Assembly: GCA_052426225.1 (NCBI GenBank)
Contig: JBNJNM010000011.1
Span: 5,022,001-5,086,000 of the forward strand
Reading direction: 5' to 3'
Length of the DNA stretch: 64,000 nucleotides
Origin: Zancudomyces culisetae HAW-14-8
Lineage: Eukaryota; Fungi; Kickxellomycota
The notes beneath the pieces were generated by a model. That model worked only from the letters and a program-made list of their open reading frames with translations. It searched no databases and was not told where the DNA came from. The position numbers and the translations under genes are program-made. Positions 1 to 12,538 of this stretch are shown here, piece by piece (position 1 is the first letter of the stretch; each line of letters opens with the position of its first letter).

Positions 1-3000
1 AAGTTTGTACCCAGCAGCAAACCCAATTTTTTTTAGAGCCTCTCCACCAAATAATTTTACATTTAGGTGCTCATGATACCGATGTTGTTTCTTCTTTTTT
101 TTATTTTATTTGTTAGGGTGTTCTTAGCGAGTGATGGTTTAGCAAACAGCTATTCTGTATTTACCTGCTTTGGATAGGCTGTACATGGTTTGTTTACATT
201 TATTTAGTCTTGTTGACTAATTTTTCATTCAGCAATAAGGTGATAATTTCTTTTACTAAAGAGGAATTCCAAGTGATGTGAAGGCAAAAACCTCTTTTCG
301 TATTATCATAGCTAATCCTAGCTCAATTAGAACAAATGAACTCGGAAAGTTTCCACAAACACATTTGCTCCCACTATTCTAGCTACTCCAAAACAATATA
401 ACAAACAAAGCTGTGGAAATGATGTGATGTTTTAAACTATTGGTGTTTTGTAATAGATCTCTATGAATTCAGCTAAGAGGCGTGTACAGAAAAAAGACAG
501 TTGTAACTAATATGGTCATTGAAAGTAATAGCGCACACTCACTGGTGTCTATTTCCGGGAATATGATAATAAATACAGATAACAGGGCCAACTGTGGCAA
601 CTGAAAAATCACGATGATGTAAAAATTGGTGGAGAGGGGCAAGCTGGGGAAATAATATTACAGCTTTGGGAACGCTTTTCTTTTTGATCTGTTTGTTTTT
701 GTTTTATTTTTACTTTTATTTTTATTGTAAAGCTTCGAAAAAAGTAAATCATAATGTAGCAGGATTAAATCCCGTACTATCAAGTACAATAGGTGCAATG
801 AAATCCAAATGTAGCAGGTGATCAATAAAGTATGTAATGGTAAAAAAAAGATGGGTGCGAGTCAGCCCTATTGAATATCATGTATTTTTGGCTCAGTCCA
901 GCTTTCCATTTTAGTTTTCCACTCCCTACCATTCCGATATAGCTTTCTTTCAGCCCTAATCTTTGTATTGAAAAAGCGTTATTTTTCCAACTTATTGGAG
1001 AAAAAAAAAGAGATTTCCCATATGCAATTACAAATATCAATGGTTTCACCACATGTGCTTGATTTATAGGCCTTGTTTTATGTATTCGCTTTATTTTTGC
1101 TACACATCTAAGTTTTTCCCCTTGTGTATCACGCCCAAATACTCTTTTAATTGCGTCCCTTTTTGTTGTTGCTAGGATGGGGTGAAAAGGGGGAGGGAAA
1201 AAGCGTGAAAAAATATTAAGTAAAAGATATAAAATTTGCTTGAGTTTCAACCATTCCAATTTTGTTTATGTTTGTAAAGCACAACAAAGCGTGAGTGTGC
1301 TACAGGGTTGTGTGAAAGATAAAAAGTAAAGGCGTTTATGCAATATCATACATTTAGCCAGTCCCACTTAGTAGCCAATTAGCTCATGGATTTTTGCCAT
1401 GCTGGAATTATAACCAAGTTGGTTATTAGCACGGTTTTTATAATTTCTCAGCAGCCACAGCCAATAGAGTAACCGGGTATGTAGTAGGATTATTTATTTC
1501 AAAACGGGAAGTGGTTTAGCCAAAAAAAAACAAACTGAATGGCACCTTTTTTCTGTTTTTTTTTTCCTTTTCAAACTGATTATATTTGGCTATTAGGTGG
1601 AAAAATACAAAAAAAAAAGTGCAGGGTTTGGAGCTTTATCAATAACATTAGCAAGCTAACTCGACAACTGATAAAATGTTAGATGTAACTTTCAAAAGAC
1701 ACCTTTTGAGTTAGGATGTACTCCACAACCTATAAATGTACATATGATTCTAAATATATTACTGATGCCTAAACATGAAACAGCGAGCCCCATGCATCGC
1801 TTTTTTATGTAGAAAGGCGTATGAGCCTACCATCAAAAGAAAAGGATTATTTTTATGTGGCAACACCGTAAAACTCATACATTTTGTTATAGATGGATTT
1901 GGTAATGGCATAAATTAGCAAAGATTAGCAATTTTGACGTCAATTAAAATTCAAGCGCAAGTGAAGCACAGGTGCGGGAACAAGGTGCAGAGTAGTGAAC
2001 CCTTGACAAACATTCAAAAAACAAGTGGAGTTTGGTGTTTTCCTCCCATAGTACTCAATCATATGTATACAACACTTTGGTGTATTTGTTTTCCAACTAG
2101 AGCATGTTTTAACCAAATCTAATGTATTTCCCAAGTTTAATCTTAGTAATTCCATAAAAACCAAAATATTCTGTAATAAAACCAGCAAGAATCAATTAAA
2201 TAAACCATCGCAATTACCGAAATAGTATAGAGAAAAAGAAATGCAGGTAGAAAATAAAAATACCAAAACAAAATCACATTTACGATATCTCCCAAACAAT
2301 GGTGATAGGCTACAAATATGCTAAATCTTCAGTTGCTAATAATTTAAAAGTTATGTAACAGAATTAAGTAACAGATGTTTTTCTTGCTGTCAAAGCTGCT
2401 TTCAATTAGGCCTTAAAAAAAAATTTTTTTTTGCGTTTGGGCTATTACTAACATAAAGTGTGGAACACATGAAAATTCCGTTCATTTCCAAATTGGAAAT
2501 CTAAAAGATTTTGTTTTTCTTAGCTTATTGTATGTAATAAGGGATGGTTGGGCAACCACTCATTTAATTGGAAAGAAAATATCCCACAATACTCGAATGT
2601 TAAGGAGATTTGAGCTACAAAAAAAAAAGTGCGTTAAAACCCGTTGTTCAAGATTACGTGTCTGCTATTTTCCTACCAAGACGTAATAGTAGTATAAATA
2701 CCTTCCATACATTTTAGTGGAGAAATTTTTTTTATTACATGTATTAATAATTCACTTTCTAACATTTGGCTTTAGCTGCATAAAGGGCATATAAGCTGAT
2801 CACAGTTGAAGTGAAATTTTGATTAAATTGGTTTTAGAGAAACACAGCAGAACTGAATAAAACAACAAAAGCGTAATATAATATACGCTATACATCCTAG
2901 ATTTTTTTACTGGAAAGAGCTACATTTATACGAAAACAAAAGAAAAAGGCTAGAATCAAAAGAGCTAGAAATATAGAGGAGCGGAAACTAAGATTTGCGA

Positions 3001-3486
3001 TTACAATCACGTATTTAGCTAATTACGAATTTGAATGTATCTAAGGTGACTTAACAACAAGGCCAAAACGATCGAAAAAAGAGTTGGAGAGGGGGATATA
3101 CACACAACATATGATAAAATAAAAACGACAATTTGGACTATAAAGTACGAAATAAAAATACCTCATCGCCTCTTCCTAGCAATAGCATAGGTGTATTTCT
3201 TAGAAATCAAGTGCTATAAACAACAATCCTAAAGTAATAGCGTCAGGATAGAATATAAAGCTTTGTGTTATATAAATCTACCACAAAAGTACAACAAAAC
3301 ATCGGCTATTAAATAACCATTCACTTTAAACTTTATAACGATACTAATAGCTATTTAACTTTATAGACAAGAGCTGTTACGTATCTGATAATAGACAGTA
3401 ATTAAGTTGACTGGAAAAGAAAAGAAATTAAATAGATATACTTTGTAAATCAAATACAATAACAAACCAAAAGAAAAAAAATTATA

Positions 3487-4431
3487 ATGAATTCTTACTC
3501 ACTACAGCGGAAAGTAGGAAATAGGCTCGAGGATTCAAATACGAACCTGAGCGATCTTTCAGCAGAATTGGCGTCACCAACAATAGCAGCATCTACAACA
3601 GCAACGGGAGCGCATAATTTTATACATAGTGGTGCAGGAGGTAGCAGTGTGGGTCCAAATGGGCGATATATGACGCAAGTGATAGCAAATAGCGCAATGG
3701 ATACAGTATCAGGGGTACAAATGCTATCTAGAGGTGCAGGAATGAAGAGACCACGAATTCAGGAGTCTGACGACTCGGATGGTGACGATGACATATCCAA
3801 GAGTGGCGGCTCTTTGATAAACGACAATGATATGGATGGACTGGGATCGGATAGAAAAACCAGGCGGAGAAAAATAAAAATAGAATATATAGAAGACAAA
3901 GGAAGACGCCATATCACGTTTTCCAAGAGAAAGGCAGGAATTATGAAAAAGGCATATGAACTATCGACACTTACAGGAACACAGATCTTGCTGTTGGTTG
4001 TCTCAGAAACCGGGTTGGTGTATACATTCACAACTCCGAAGCTCCAGCCACTGGTAACAAAGGCTGAAGGGAAAGGGTTGATACAGTCATGTTTAAATAT
4101 GCCTGAGGTTCCTTTGCATCAGCATCCTCTTAGTAATGGTGGAAATCCACTAGGAAGCTACCCAGGGTCAGGTTCATCATCCTCAAATAACAACAACAAT
4201 AACAACAACAATAGTAATGGTAGTAACAGTCACAACAATAATAATAACAGCAATAACAGCAATAATGGTAATAGTGGTGAGCCTAGCAGCAGTGGTGCTT
4301 CTGCTAGGCAACACAGCTTTTCAGTATATAGCGATATAAATACGCCTTCTCAAAGCTTCTATGATGATAACCACAAAGCTCTATCAGGAATTAAAAGTGG
4401 AAATACTGGTGATCAGCAACAACAACAACAA

Positions 4432-4487
<56 letters not shown>

Positions 4488-5457
4488 ACAGCAACAACAA
4501 CAGCAGCAGTTTTCGGCCAATTCTCTATCTGCAGATCCACCATATTTCCCACAATACTACACAACATCCAGCCAAACCTCAATCCCAAACAATACAAATC
4601 CTGCCAACACGGCCGCCATCGGCAACATTTCTGCCACAAACTCTTCGTCCTCATCTTCTGCTTCTTCTTCTACCAACATCCAGCCCTCGCTATCAGTAAA
4701 CTCTTCATCTTCTGCTACAAACAGACTTTCATTGCATCCTGCCGCACAACCGTCTTTGTATTCACATAACCCCTCCAATCCTACTGTTGGTCAATTTGCT
4801 CCTCCTCCACTTCCTTCCTCTTCATCCTCCTCCTTACAGCAAGTCTCTGCTACCACAAACAGCTATTTTACAAATCCTAACACCCCTTATTCTGCCCAGG
4901 GACAACATCCTCAATCATCATCCGCCTCTTCTACCAACAATCAAATGCAATCATCCTCTTCTGCCCATCATCGCAACTCTACCTCTCATCATCACCAATA
5001 CATCCACTCCACAAACTCTTTACTACAAAATCAATCTTCAAATCCCTCTTCTGTCACTCCTAATTTCTCTGATATCGTCGGTGTTGTTAATTCTACTCAA
5101 AACCCTGCCAATAGCTCCAATTCCTTTGCTTCACAACAGCACTCCCACCAGCTTACTGCCACTTCGGGTTCTGCTACCAGCTCTTTGGCCGCTCAGCAAA
5201 TCGCCCTGGGTTCCTCATCCCACCCTCAGTTATATGCCAACGCCGCTCCTGGTTATTGGTCCTCACCTGCTACTTCCAACCCAAATATTTACTCAAGCAA
5301 CTCTGCTGCTACAGCCAATAACTTTGCATCCGCCCATTCGTATCATCACCCTCCACCTCATTACTCTCATTCGCATTCACACTCTCATACTCACCAACAG
5401 CAGCCCCCACCACAGCTTTCTAGAAGCTCATACCACACCTCTATAGATAAATTATAA
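3487..5457 (+). CDS. MCM1: SRF/Mcm1-type MADS-box transcription factor with N/Q/S/H-rich C-terminal tail
   Basis: MADS box RRKIKIEYIEDKGRRHITFSKRKAGIMKKAYELSTLTGTQILLLVVSETGLVYTFTTPKLQPLV followed by SAM-like EGKGLIQSCLN, typical of the SRF/Mcm1 class. Confidence 0.92.
4414..4509 (+). repeat. CAA/CAG repeat encoding a 32-residue polyglutamine tract
   Basis: 96 nt of uninterrupted CAA/CAG codons in frame with the MADS ORF. Confidence 0.95.
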
Positions 5458-7666
5458 CTACTTTCTTGCCTTTACTCTTTTTTTTTTTCAATCTATTCGC
5501 TTGCTATGTTCAATTTTGTTTTTTATTCATTGTTAAACTTTACTTTTAGATTATCCTCATGATATTTTTATTTACATTTTCACTAACTTATTAACATGTT
5601 AATAGCAGATTATTAATTATTATCCCTTTAAGGTATTAATGTAATGACAAAAGTCTAGAAAATAAAACGTGCCACTTTTTTTATTATTTTAGAATTACTT
5701 GAAATATATCATGCTACCCCAAGACTCAAAAGTTCTTCATCTTTTCCCCTTAAATGGGTTTAAGCGGTTCTGTTATTCCCTTTTTACCACAGTGACATTT
5801 ATACTTTCGCGCGTATTACCCTGTCAGTACAATTCGGTCAGCACTTTTTACCCACTCCACTAGCAATATATATATACATATATTTGTGAAGCTAGATTAT
5901 ACAAGTGCTTAGTTGAATCTCGCATGATGTACAAATACATAGCGGTGTTCATGTATTCATCATGTAGGGCTCTGCTGAAAATAGTACCCATCATCCCATA
6001 ACACATTTTCCCATTTTTCATTAGTAAATGCTACCAGACCCTGGGGCCCACTTTTTTTTTTTGTTAGATGAGTTTAATAAATAAATATCACATAAAACTA
6101 CAAAATGTAATACTATAAAATATCCACCTAACCAACCCCCCCCCCGTCCCTCTAGAGACTCCATACCTATTGGGCACTGGTTCAAGGTCTGGGCCCCAGC
6201 CTGTTTTGTGCCTCTATCAATACAATATGACTATACTGGGTCTACTGGGTTCCCGATGCAATGATAGGCTTATTCATAGTAGCCATGTAGTGATACAAAT
6301 TCCCACTATTGTACTTTTTATTTATTTGTGTATGGTGTTGAAAAATGTATTTTTCTGCATTTCTTAACCAAATCAAGCTAAGAATGTAGTACACCAATGG
6401 GGTTGGATTGTGTGAGAAAAGCTTTCTCTTTTGATCCAAGTGTGATTTTTCACATATATTTATGTATGTGTTTATACCACAAAATCTAAAAATAAAAACT
6501 AACGTCAAATGACTATCTTACACACACTGGTAACTTAGCACTACGAATATCATTTATTTTTGGAAATACATATCCAATACAATATAACAAGTTAACAATT
6601 AAACAAATCACCCTCCCGTTTCATTCAAAATTACTTGTGTTACCAGATATACATACCAATTAACACTCTATCACATATTAACTACTACGGTCATAATTGC
6701 CGGAAAGTAAAGTGATCCTATTTTAAAGTCCAAAGGCCCCCATTATGAAACCAGTTCAAGGTTAATGCTCACCTCCGGGATATATCAGTTCACAGTTGAA
6801 TGTAAAGAGGAATGGTAGTATTTCTCGTTTCTCTATTTTTTCCACATCTGTCTTGTAGTAGCATACACAGTAATATAGCCGATTGGTATTTATACCTACT
6901 TGGATTAATAAATAAACCATAACAACATGTAAAAGTTGAAAAGCTGTACCATTATCACCATTTATCTCTTCAAACAGATAAAAACAAGCAAATAAAGAAA
7001 ACTTGAATGTTTTTTATGTTTGGATTATTGAGTATAGTCCCGTTGTTTGTCCAAACAATCACAGTTTATTTAGAAAATATTGATTTGTACATACATCGCA
7101 CACACACAAAGGCAGTCTCGGCCTAATTCTTATTTTTCCGCATCTACCTTTGCCTCTATCTCTGCCTTTTCCCCATTCATTACAATCATTTATATTCGTT
7201 TTTATATAGGTATAAGGATAAAAGATAGTAGTATGTTAATCATGAATCGGCATATTTAACTTTTCTTTGTATATTACCTAACAACAAGAAAAAAAAAGAA
7301 TAGAATATAATAAAACACGCTCGTACTATACAAGCTTTATCAATACACCTGCTTATTTCCTACAAGATGCTTCATTAATTTCCTTTAAGAGAAAATAATA
7401 CAAACGTCTTTTCAAAATATTCCTCTTAATTGCCAAAAAAGGAAACCGTGTATAAAACCGTGTATACATGGCGTTGTAATCTAAAGATATATATATGTGT
7501 AATTTTTTTTTCATTTTTAAAGTGTTTTGTTTTACTTTGGATCATTCACTTCAGAGTTATTAGCTTAATTAAACGGAAATCAGTACTATTAAAAAAAATA
7601 AAAGAGAAAAAGGGAAAAAGGGAAAAAGCGGGAAAAATATCAGTTTAGATACAAATATATCTGTAT

Positions 7667-7909
7667 ATGATGGATACCACAAACTCATTTTCCAGTATTG
7701 TATACCGACCGTACACCTGGTGGCTGTTGATAACACTCATGCTAGCCAACTCGGTAATGGCGTGTGTTAGCGGCCAAACAAAATGCAATGGTCCACTAGT
7801 TATGCTGCATTGTGAAGATGGCAGGTGGAGCACGACTGTGTGTCCTGATCCATACTCCTGCAGAAGGATGCCAAATGGAATCAGCAGATGCTCGGTATAT
7901 TATGAGTGA
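7667..7909 (+). CDS. Small secreted 6-Cys protein, CBM19-like (paralog A)
   Basis: Hydrophobic signal-like segment ending ANSVMA, then C-x6-C-x8-C-x9-C-x5-C-x9-C with GxW after the third Cys; same spacing as 8236-8487. Confidence 0.75.
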   Translation: MMDTTNSFSSIVYRPYTWWLLITLMLANSVMACVSGQTKCNGPLVMLHCEDGRWSTTVCPDPYSCRRMPNGISRCSVYYE

Positions 7910-8235
7910 ATCAAAATAAATGAGAATACATACACATGCAAATATACTATTCTACTTTTATTTGATTTATCTATTAGCATCAGAGTAATGGAATACCCGC
8001 TTCTGCACATGATACGCCCATTTATTCAATATGCATCTATCATATTGATATAATATCTGCAAAATCGTTTTCTAGCCCCCATATTTTTGATACGCTTTAT
8101 TATTACTTGGTGTAAACACATTATGAAGAGAGAAATACCAAAAATAAATCTTCTTGTGGCAAAAATAGCTAAATGAGTAAATGAAAAAATGCCTTCAATA
8201 TTTTAATAAAAGCAGAGAAATAAAGGGTAACCATG

Positions 8236-8487
8236 TTAGATATCTCGGGAAAAAATTGGATGTGAAACTAACCGTCGAGGAACACATCTACCTTGTTCAT
8301 TTTCTCTGTCAATACAAATATATATTGGGTTGCAAAAGCTCGTAACCCAATGACCTTTTACACAGACTAGTAGTTGCGTTTCACCATCACATTTCATTTG
8401 GCCCCTAGTACAAGCGCGGATTTCACCGGGAGTGCATAAGATACTGTATATTGAGAAATACACAAATTTGTTCGTGTTATAATACAT
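8236..8487 (-). CDS. Small secreted 6-Cys protein, CBM19-like (paralog B)
   Basis: First ATG of the ORF is at 8487 (MYYNTNKFVYFSIYSILCTPGEIRA), then CTRGQMKCDGETQLLVCVKGHWVTSFCNPIYICIDRENEQGRC with Cys spacing identical to paralog A. Confidence 0.72.
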   Translation of the reverse strand: MYYNTNKFVYFSIYSILCTPGEIRACTRGQMKCDGETQLLVCVKGHWVTSFCNPIYICIDRENEQGRCVPRRLVSHPIFSRDI

Positions 8488-9184
8488 TGTTGAATGGTTT
8501 TGTTTTGGTGGAGATGGGTTATGCTTTTTATTATTATTATAGATATTTGTGATATTTAGGTGCTGATTTAGTGTATTTATATCTGTTGTTAACACTCACT
8601 TTAATATACAATGTTTATAGCTTGGATGTAAGATTTTTTTCTTCTTTCTTCTTTTTCCTTTTTGAAAAAGGTTATTGAGGATGGTTTAATTGTATCACTA
8701 ACTTTGTACGTAGATCCTTTTCAGCCCCCCTTTGTTTTATCTCCTGATATCTTCTTTTGGTTCGGATTATTGTGAAAGTGATTACTTGGGAAAGTACCAA
8801 TTCTATTAAACACAAGATCGTTCCCAAGCAGACTACAGGAACTCTTATATATATTTTTTCTAATAGGGCAAAAGGGGTGAAGGTGGTACGACTACAATAA
8901 ATACCTGTCTGTATACAGTACTGCCATTTTCTCTGCCCAGTACAATACAGTACCTTAAAAAGTTAGTAGCAAATTCCAAATTTCGTTCTTTTAGCACAAT
9001 TGAACAGCCTGTTATTTGATTCTTTAACATATTTCCATTCAAGAAAATCAAACCCATTAAATGATGTAATATACCTAGTATAAAAAAAAACACCAGAAAA
9101 AAGTAATAAAGTATGATCTAATAAGAAAAAAGAGGAAAAGGAGTCAGGGCCAGGGTCAGGGCCAGACAGGAGAGTCTTCAAAAA

Positions 9185-12100
9185 TTAAATAATATTAGGT
9201 TTGGTGCGTGATCTGTTTAAAAAGGAAAAGTATTTGCTCGTGAACGCACGTTGTTTGTCGAAGGCTCTTTTTTTATCATTTAGTCTATCATAGCTAGTAG
9301 AAATAGCATCAATTATTTTATCTACTGGATGCTGGGTACGTTGAAATTCAAAGCCAAAGGGCACGGATTCAGTCTTGTTGATTGAGGAAACTGGTCGGTT
9401 TCGAGTAGTTGAGCTGGATGAGTGAGCATCATTCTGTATCTCCTGTGTTTTGGGAAGGATAGCAGTATCATTGAGTGTTTGGGGTGAATCTGCACCAGAT
9501 AATATTTTGGGTGTTGTGGATACATCCTTGTTTATATTTGTACTTTTCTCTTCCTCTTCCATATCCAGTTTTTCATTTCCAACATTTGATTCTTTCTCTT
9601 TCTCTTTCTGTTTCTCTTTTCCCTTCCCTCTCTCTTTATTGTCCTTTTCTTCATCTTCATCTTTCTCCTTCTCTTCCTCCTTCTCAATCTCTGGCTTCAT
9701 CCCTAATTCTAGCATTGAGTTTTTTTCAATAACTGCTTCAGTGTTTGTCTGTTGCCCTGGTTTTAAGCAAGATATAGCATCATATGCTGACATCTCATTG
9801 TTTTCATGTGGTTTTACTAATGAGTGAATGTGTTTGTAATTATTATAACTAGTGCAGTCTTCAGCGCTTTTGAATTTTCCCAGTCCAGATTTATGGTCTT
9901 CTTTGTTGGAACTATTTTCAGCTGATAAATTTAGACTATCAGTATAAGTATTTAGGTTATATACGTCGCCGTTTTTTTTGCGGAGGTTTGCGGGTACCAG
10001 AATAATATTTTGAAAGTTTTTATTCGTTGTACCTCCAACACTTGTAGACTTGGTAGAAAGTATGGCATTTACGGGGATACCAGATTCATAACCAGATCTT
10101 CTGTTAGAGGAGATTTTGTAGTGATAAACTCTATCGCTTTTGATGTCTCTAATTACAACATCTTTGTTTATTAAAAGCTCAAACCCAGCCAAATTGAGCA
10201 AATACAGCGCATCTTTAGAACCCAAAAGATTGTTACCATCCGCTACTGCTTCTACTGCGTTGTTCAAAGTTGTGTCTGGGATGAAGCCATCACTTCCAGC
10301 AACTATATCACCATCGTTATTTTCATGAGACTGGCTAGGCTTAGAGCATGGAAGACCGATTGCAGAGGGAGACAAAAATCGCAATAGTTCATTACCTAGC
10401 TCCAAGACTATATTTACTCCTTCGGTTGTGAACGGATAAATACTACTAGTGGAATCTAGAGACAACAGGCCTGTTGGTACAGAAGATTCAGACGGTATAG
10501 CGCTGCTTTTATTGGTATCCGGTGTAGAGTATGTTGTCCCCGGCTCTTGTAATTCTGCCAGTTTCTTGGCACTTTGTGAAAGCTCTATACTATCTATATA
10601 TACATACGCATTATTTGTTCCTTCTAGTTCTTTGTTTATCCGGTCAAAGTCAAATATCTTTGATGTTTTATCCTCTGTAGACTCGCGAGCCACGACCTCG
10701 TTGGTTGGGTGCGGCGTAGTTTTCAGGCCGTCTACATTTTCCCCATTATCATTCTCTACCAAGTTTTGACTATTTACCAACACGCTAGTGGATGAGATAC
10801 TACTATCTTTACCTTCGGAGCTCTCAACGTTGCTATTTTCAAACGCTTCATCTTTGTGTTCACATTCATTCCTATTGTTACCATCGTCGCTACCACTATC
10901 ATCGCCACTACCACTATCGCTACCACAGCTGTTTATCTTGTCTTCGCCTAAAATTTCACTAGCTTTGTTTACGCTGGCATATTTGCTAGGCCTGGTCACA
11001 CCATCATTTGGGGCAATGCTTTTGTTTTTTTGGATACCACGCACATGCATCTCCTTGTAGCTCGCCACATCTCCATTATCTACAAGAGCAATTTCTTTCT
11101 TTATTTTAGCTGACAAAACATTTAAATCCTGTGATTCGGCTCCGATATTATCTAGGGTTTTTGCAGTTGGTGGAACTGTCTCGCCAACTTGGTTATCAAC
11201 ATGTCCTTCAAAGGCATTGTTCTGTCTTTTACAGGTATCATTACTTTCATTGTCATTTCTTTGCATGGGCGTCTGTTTTTCCTCGGGGGTTTCAACACTG
11301 CCATTCTGTTTGGTATCATTTTCTCCATCCTTTTCCACGAGCCTTTTGATTTCACCACCACGATTCTCCACGTCTTCCGCATTATTGCCATCACTCTTAA
11401 TATCTTCTTTTCTTTCATGCATCTCCTTTTTTAAGGTAAACTGGGGCTTGATAACTACTTCAATCACCATCTCAACTACTCTGAAATCATCATTGGTTCT
11501 TAAAAGGGTTCTAAGTTTATTTTCGGTTGTGGTAATCACAGGCTCGTTTTTGTTTACCATTCTTTCACGTTTTCTCCTATTATTTATTTCGTTGAGGTCG
11601 TAACTTTCTGTTTCATATATCTCATTTTTACAAAGCACAGGAATAACTCTGATTTTTGTTTTGTTGAGATTTAAGTATATATCATTGACATCTTTATTGT
11701 CATCACTCGCTATACCATAATTTTCCCGCTCTTCATTTCCTGCCACTATTTTGCTAACATTCCATCGATTTACTTGGAAGACTATTGTATTTTGTATTTT
11801 TTCATTTATCCCTTCAGAAATTTCGGCGATTTTACTACTATCTACCTCTGAAACATTTATGGCCACTTTGTTTTTATTCTTAAACTCGTCATTAGAATAC
11901 AGCCTACGCGTATGCGTAGGTTGATACATTAGAGTATTTGACTTTTGTTGAACATTCCCTAAAGACAATTCAAGTGCTTGAGACGTTTCGCCCTTGTGTG
12001 GTACAAGTTCAGTAGCATTTTCCTTTTTGACCCTTATCCCCAAGTTACCTTCTACTTCACTCTCGGTTTCTAGCGTTTTCAATTTTTCTAATATATCCTC

Positions 12101-12538
12101 AAACTCGAGTGACCTTTGTCCTCGTACCACTCTTTGGGGTTTATTTTTCCCCATTTCCCCGTCCTTTTCTTTTTGCTCGCCTTTTTCATAGTCATTTTTT
12201 ATGCTAAAGTCTGCTCTTCTCACCCTCTCCGAGCCGATCCGCGTGTCCACTTTTTTAAGGGTTTCAATGTACACATCAGCTATTTTTGTACACCCTTCCC
12301 TTCCTCCTTCTTCCTTTTTTTTCTCTTTCTCTTCTTTTTTTATCTCGCTGTATGCTATTTTAAGCTCAGGTAGCCTTATAAACGACACTACTTCCTTGGG
12401 CTTCTGCTGTATGGTCTTCAATAATTCTACATCCTCTTCGTGCTTTATTTCTATTTTTTCTGCAAACTTTAGTTTGTAATTGCCAGAGTCGTCGTTCCGT
12501 ATCAGCACATCGACATACCCCGAACTTCTTTTTGCCAT
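9185..12538 (-). CDS. Hypothetical 1117-aa charged, largely low-complexity protein
   Basis: Long ATG-initiated ORF in AT-rich DNA, E/K/N/S-rich; no family motif recognised. Confidence 0.75.
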   Translation of the reverse strand: MAKRSSGYVDVLIRNDDSGNYKLKFAEKIEIKHEEDVELLKTIQQKPKEVVSFIRLPELKIAYSEIKKEEKEKKKEEGGREGCTKIADVYIETLKKVDTRIGSERVRRADFSIKNDYEKGEQKEKDGEMGKNKPQRVVRGQRSLEFEDILEKLKTLETESEVEGNLGIRVKKENATELVPHKGETSQALELSLGNVQQKSNTLMYQPTHTRRLYSNDEFKNKNKVAINVSEVDSSKIAEISEGINEKIQNTIVFQVNRWNVSKIVAGNEERENYGIASDDNKDVNDIYLNLNKTKIRVIPVLCKNEIYETESYDLNEINNRRKRERMVNKNEPVITTTENKLRTLLRTNDDFRVVEMVIEVVIKPQFTLKKEMHERKEDIKSDGNNAEDVENRGGEIKRLVEKDGENDTKQNGSVETPEEKQTPMQRNDNESNDTCKRQNNAFEGHVDNQVGETVPPTAKTLDNIGAESQDLNVLSAKIKKEIALVDNGDVASYKEMHVRGIQKNKSIAPNDGVTRPSKYASVNKASEILGEDKINSCGSDSGSGDDSGSDDGNNRNECEHKDEAFENSNVESSEGKDSSISSTSVLVNSQNLVENDNGENVDGLKTTPHPTNEVVARESTEDKTSKIFDFDRINKELEGTNNAYVYIDSIELSQSAKKLAELQEPGTTYSTPDTNKSSAIPSESSVPTGLLSLDSTSSIYPFTTEGVNIVLELGNELLRFLSPSAIGLPCSKPSQSHENNDGDIVAGSDGFIPDTTLNNAVEAVADGNNLLGSKDALYLLNLAGFELLINKDVVIRDIKSDRVYHYKISSNRRSGYESGIPVNAILSTKSTSVGGTTNKNFQNIILVPANLRKKNGDVYNLNTYTDSLNLSAENSSNKEDHKSGLGKFKSAEDCTSYNNYKHIHSLVKPHENNEMSAYDAISCLKPGQQTNTEAVIEKNSMLELGMKPEIEKEEEKEKDEDEEKDNKERGKGKEKQKEKEKESNVGNEKLDMEEEEKSTNINKDVSTTPKILSGADSPQTLNDTAILPKTQEIQNDAHSSSSTTRNRPVSSINKTESVPFGFEFQRTQHPVDKIIDAISTSYDRLNDKKRAFDKQRAFTSKYFSFLNRSRTKPNII

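Noticed and set aside
822-1259. 145-aa minus-strand ORF and similar short intergenic ORFs
   Set aside because: Non-ATG or weak starts, F/L/I/K-rich composition typical of AT-rich non-coding DNA, no motifs
4787-5446. 219-aa Leu/Pro-rich alternative-frame ORF
   Set aside because: By-product of the C/T-rich Ser/His tail of the MADS gene
6035-6199. Complementary GC-rich patches CTGGGGCCCA / TGGGCCCCAG, possible structured RNA or tRNA
   Set aside because: Only about 10 bp of pairing, no cloverleaf and no convincing A/B boxes
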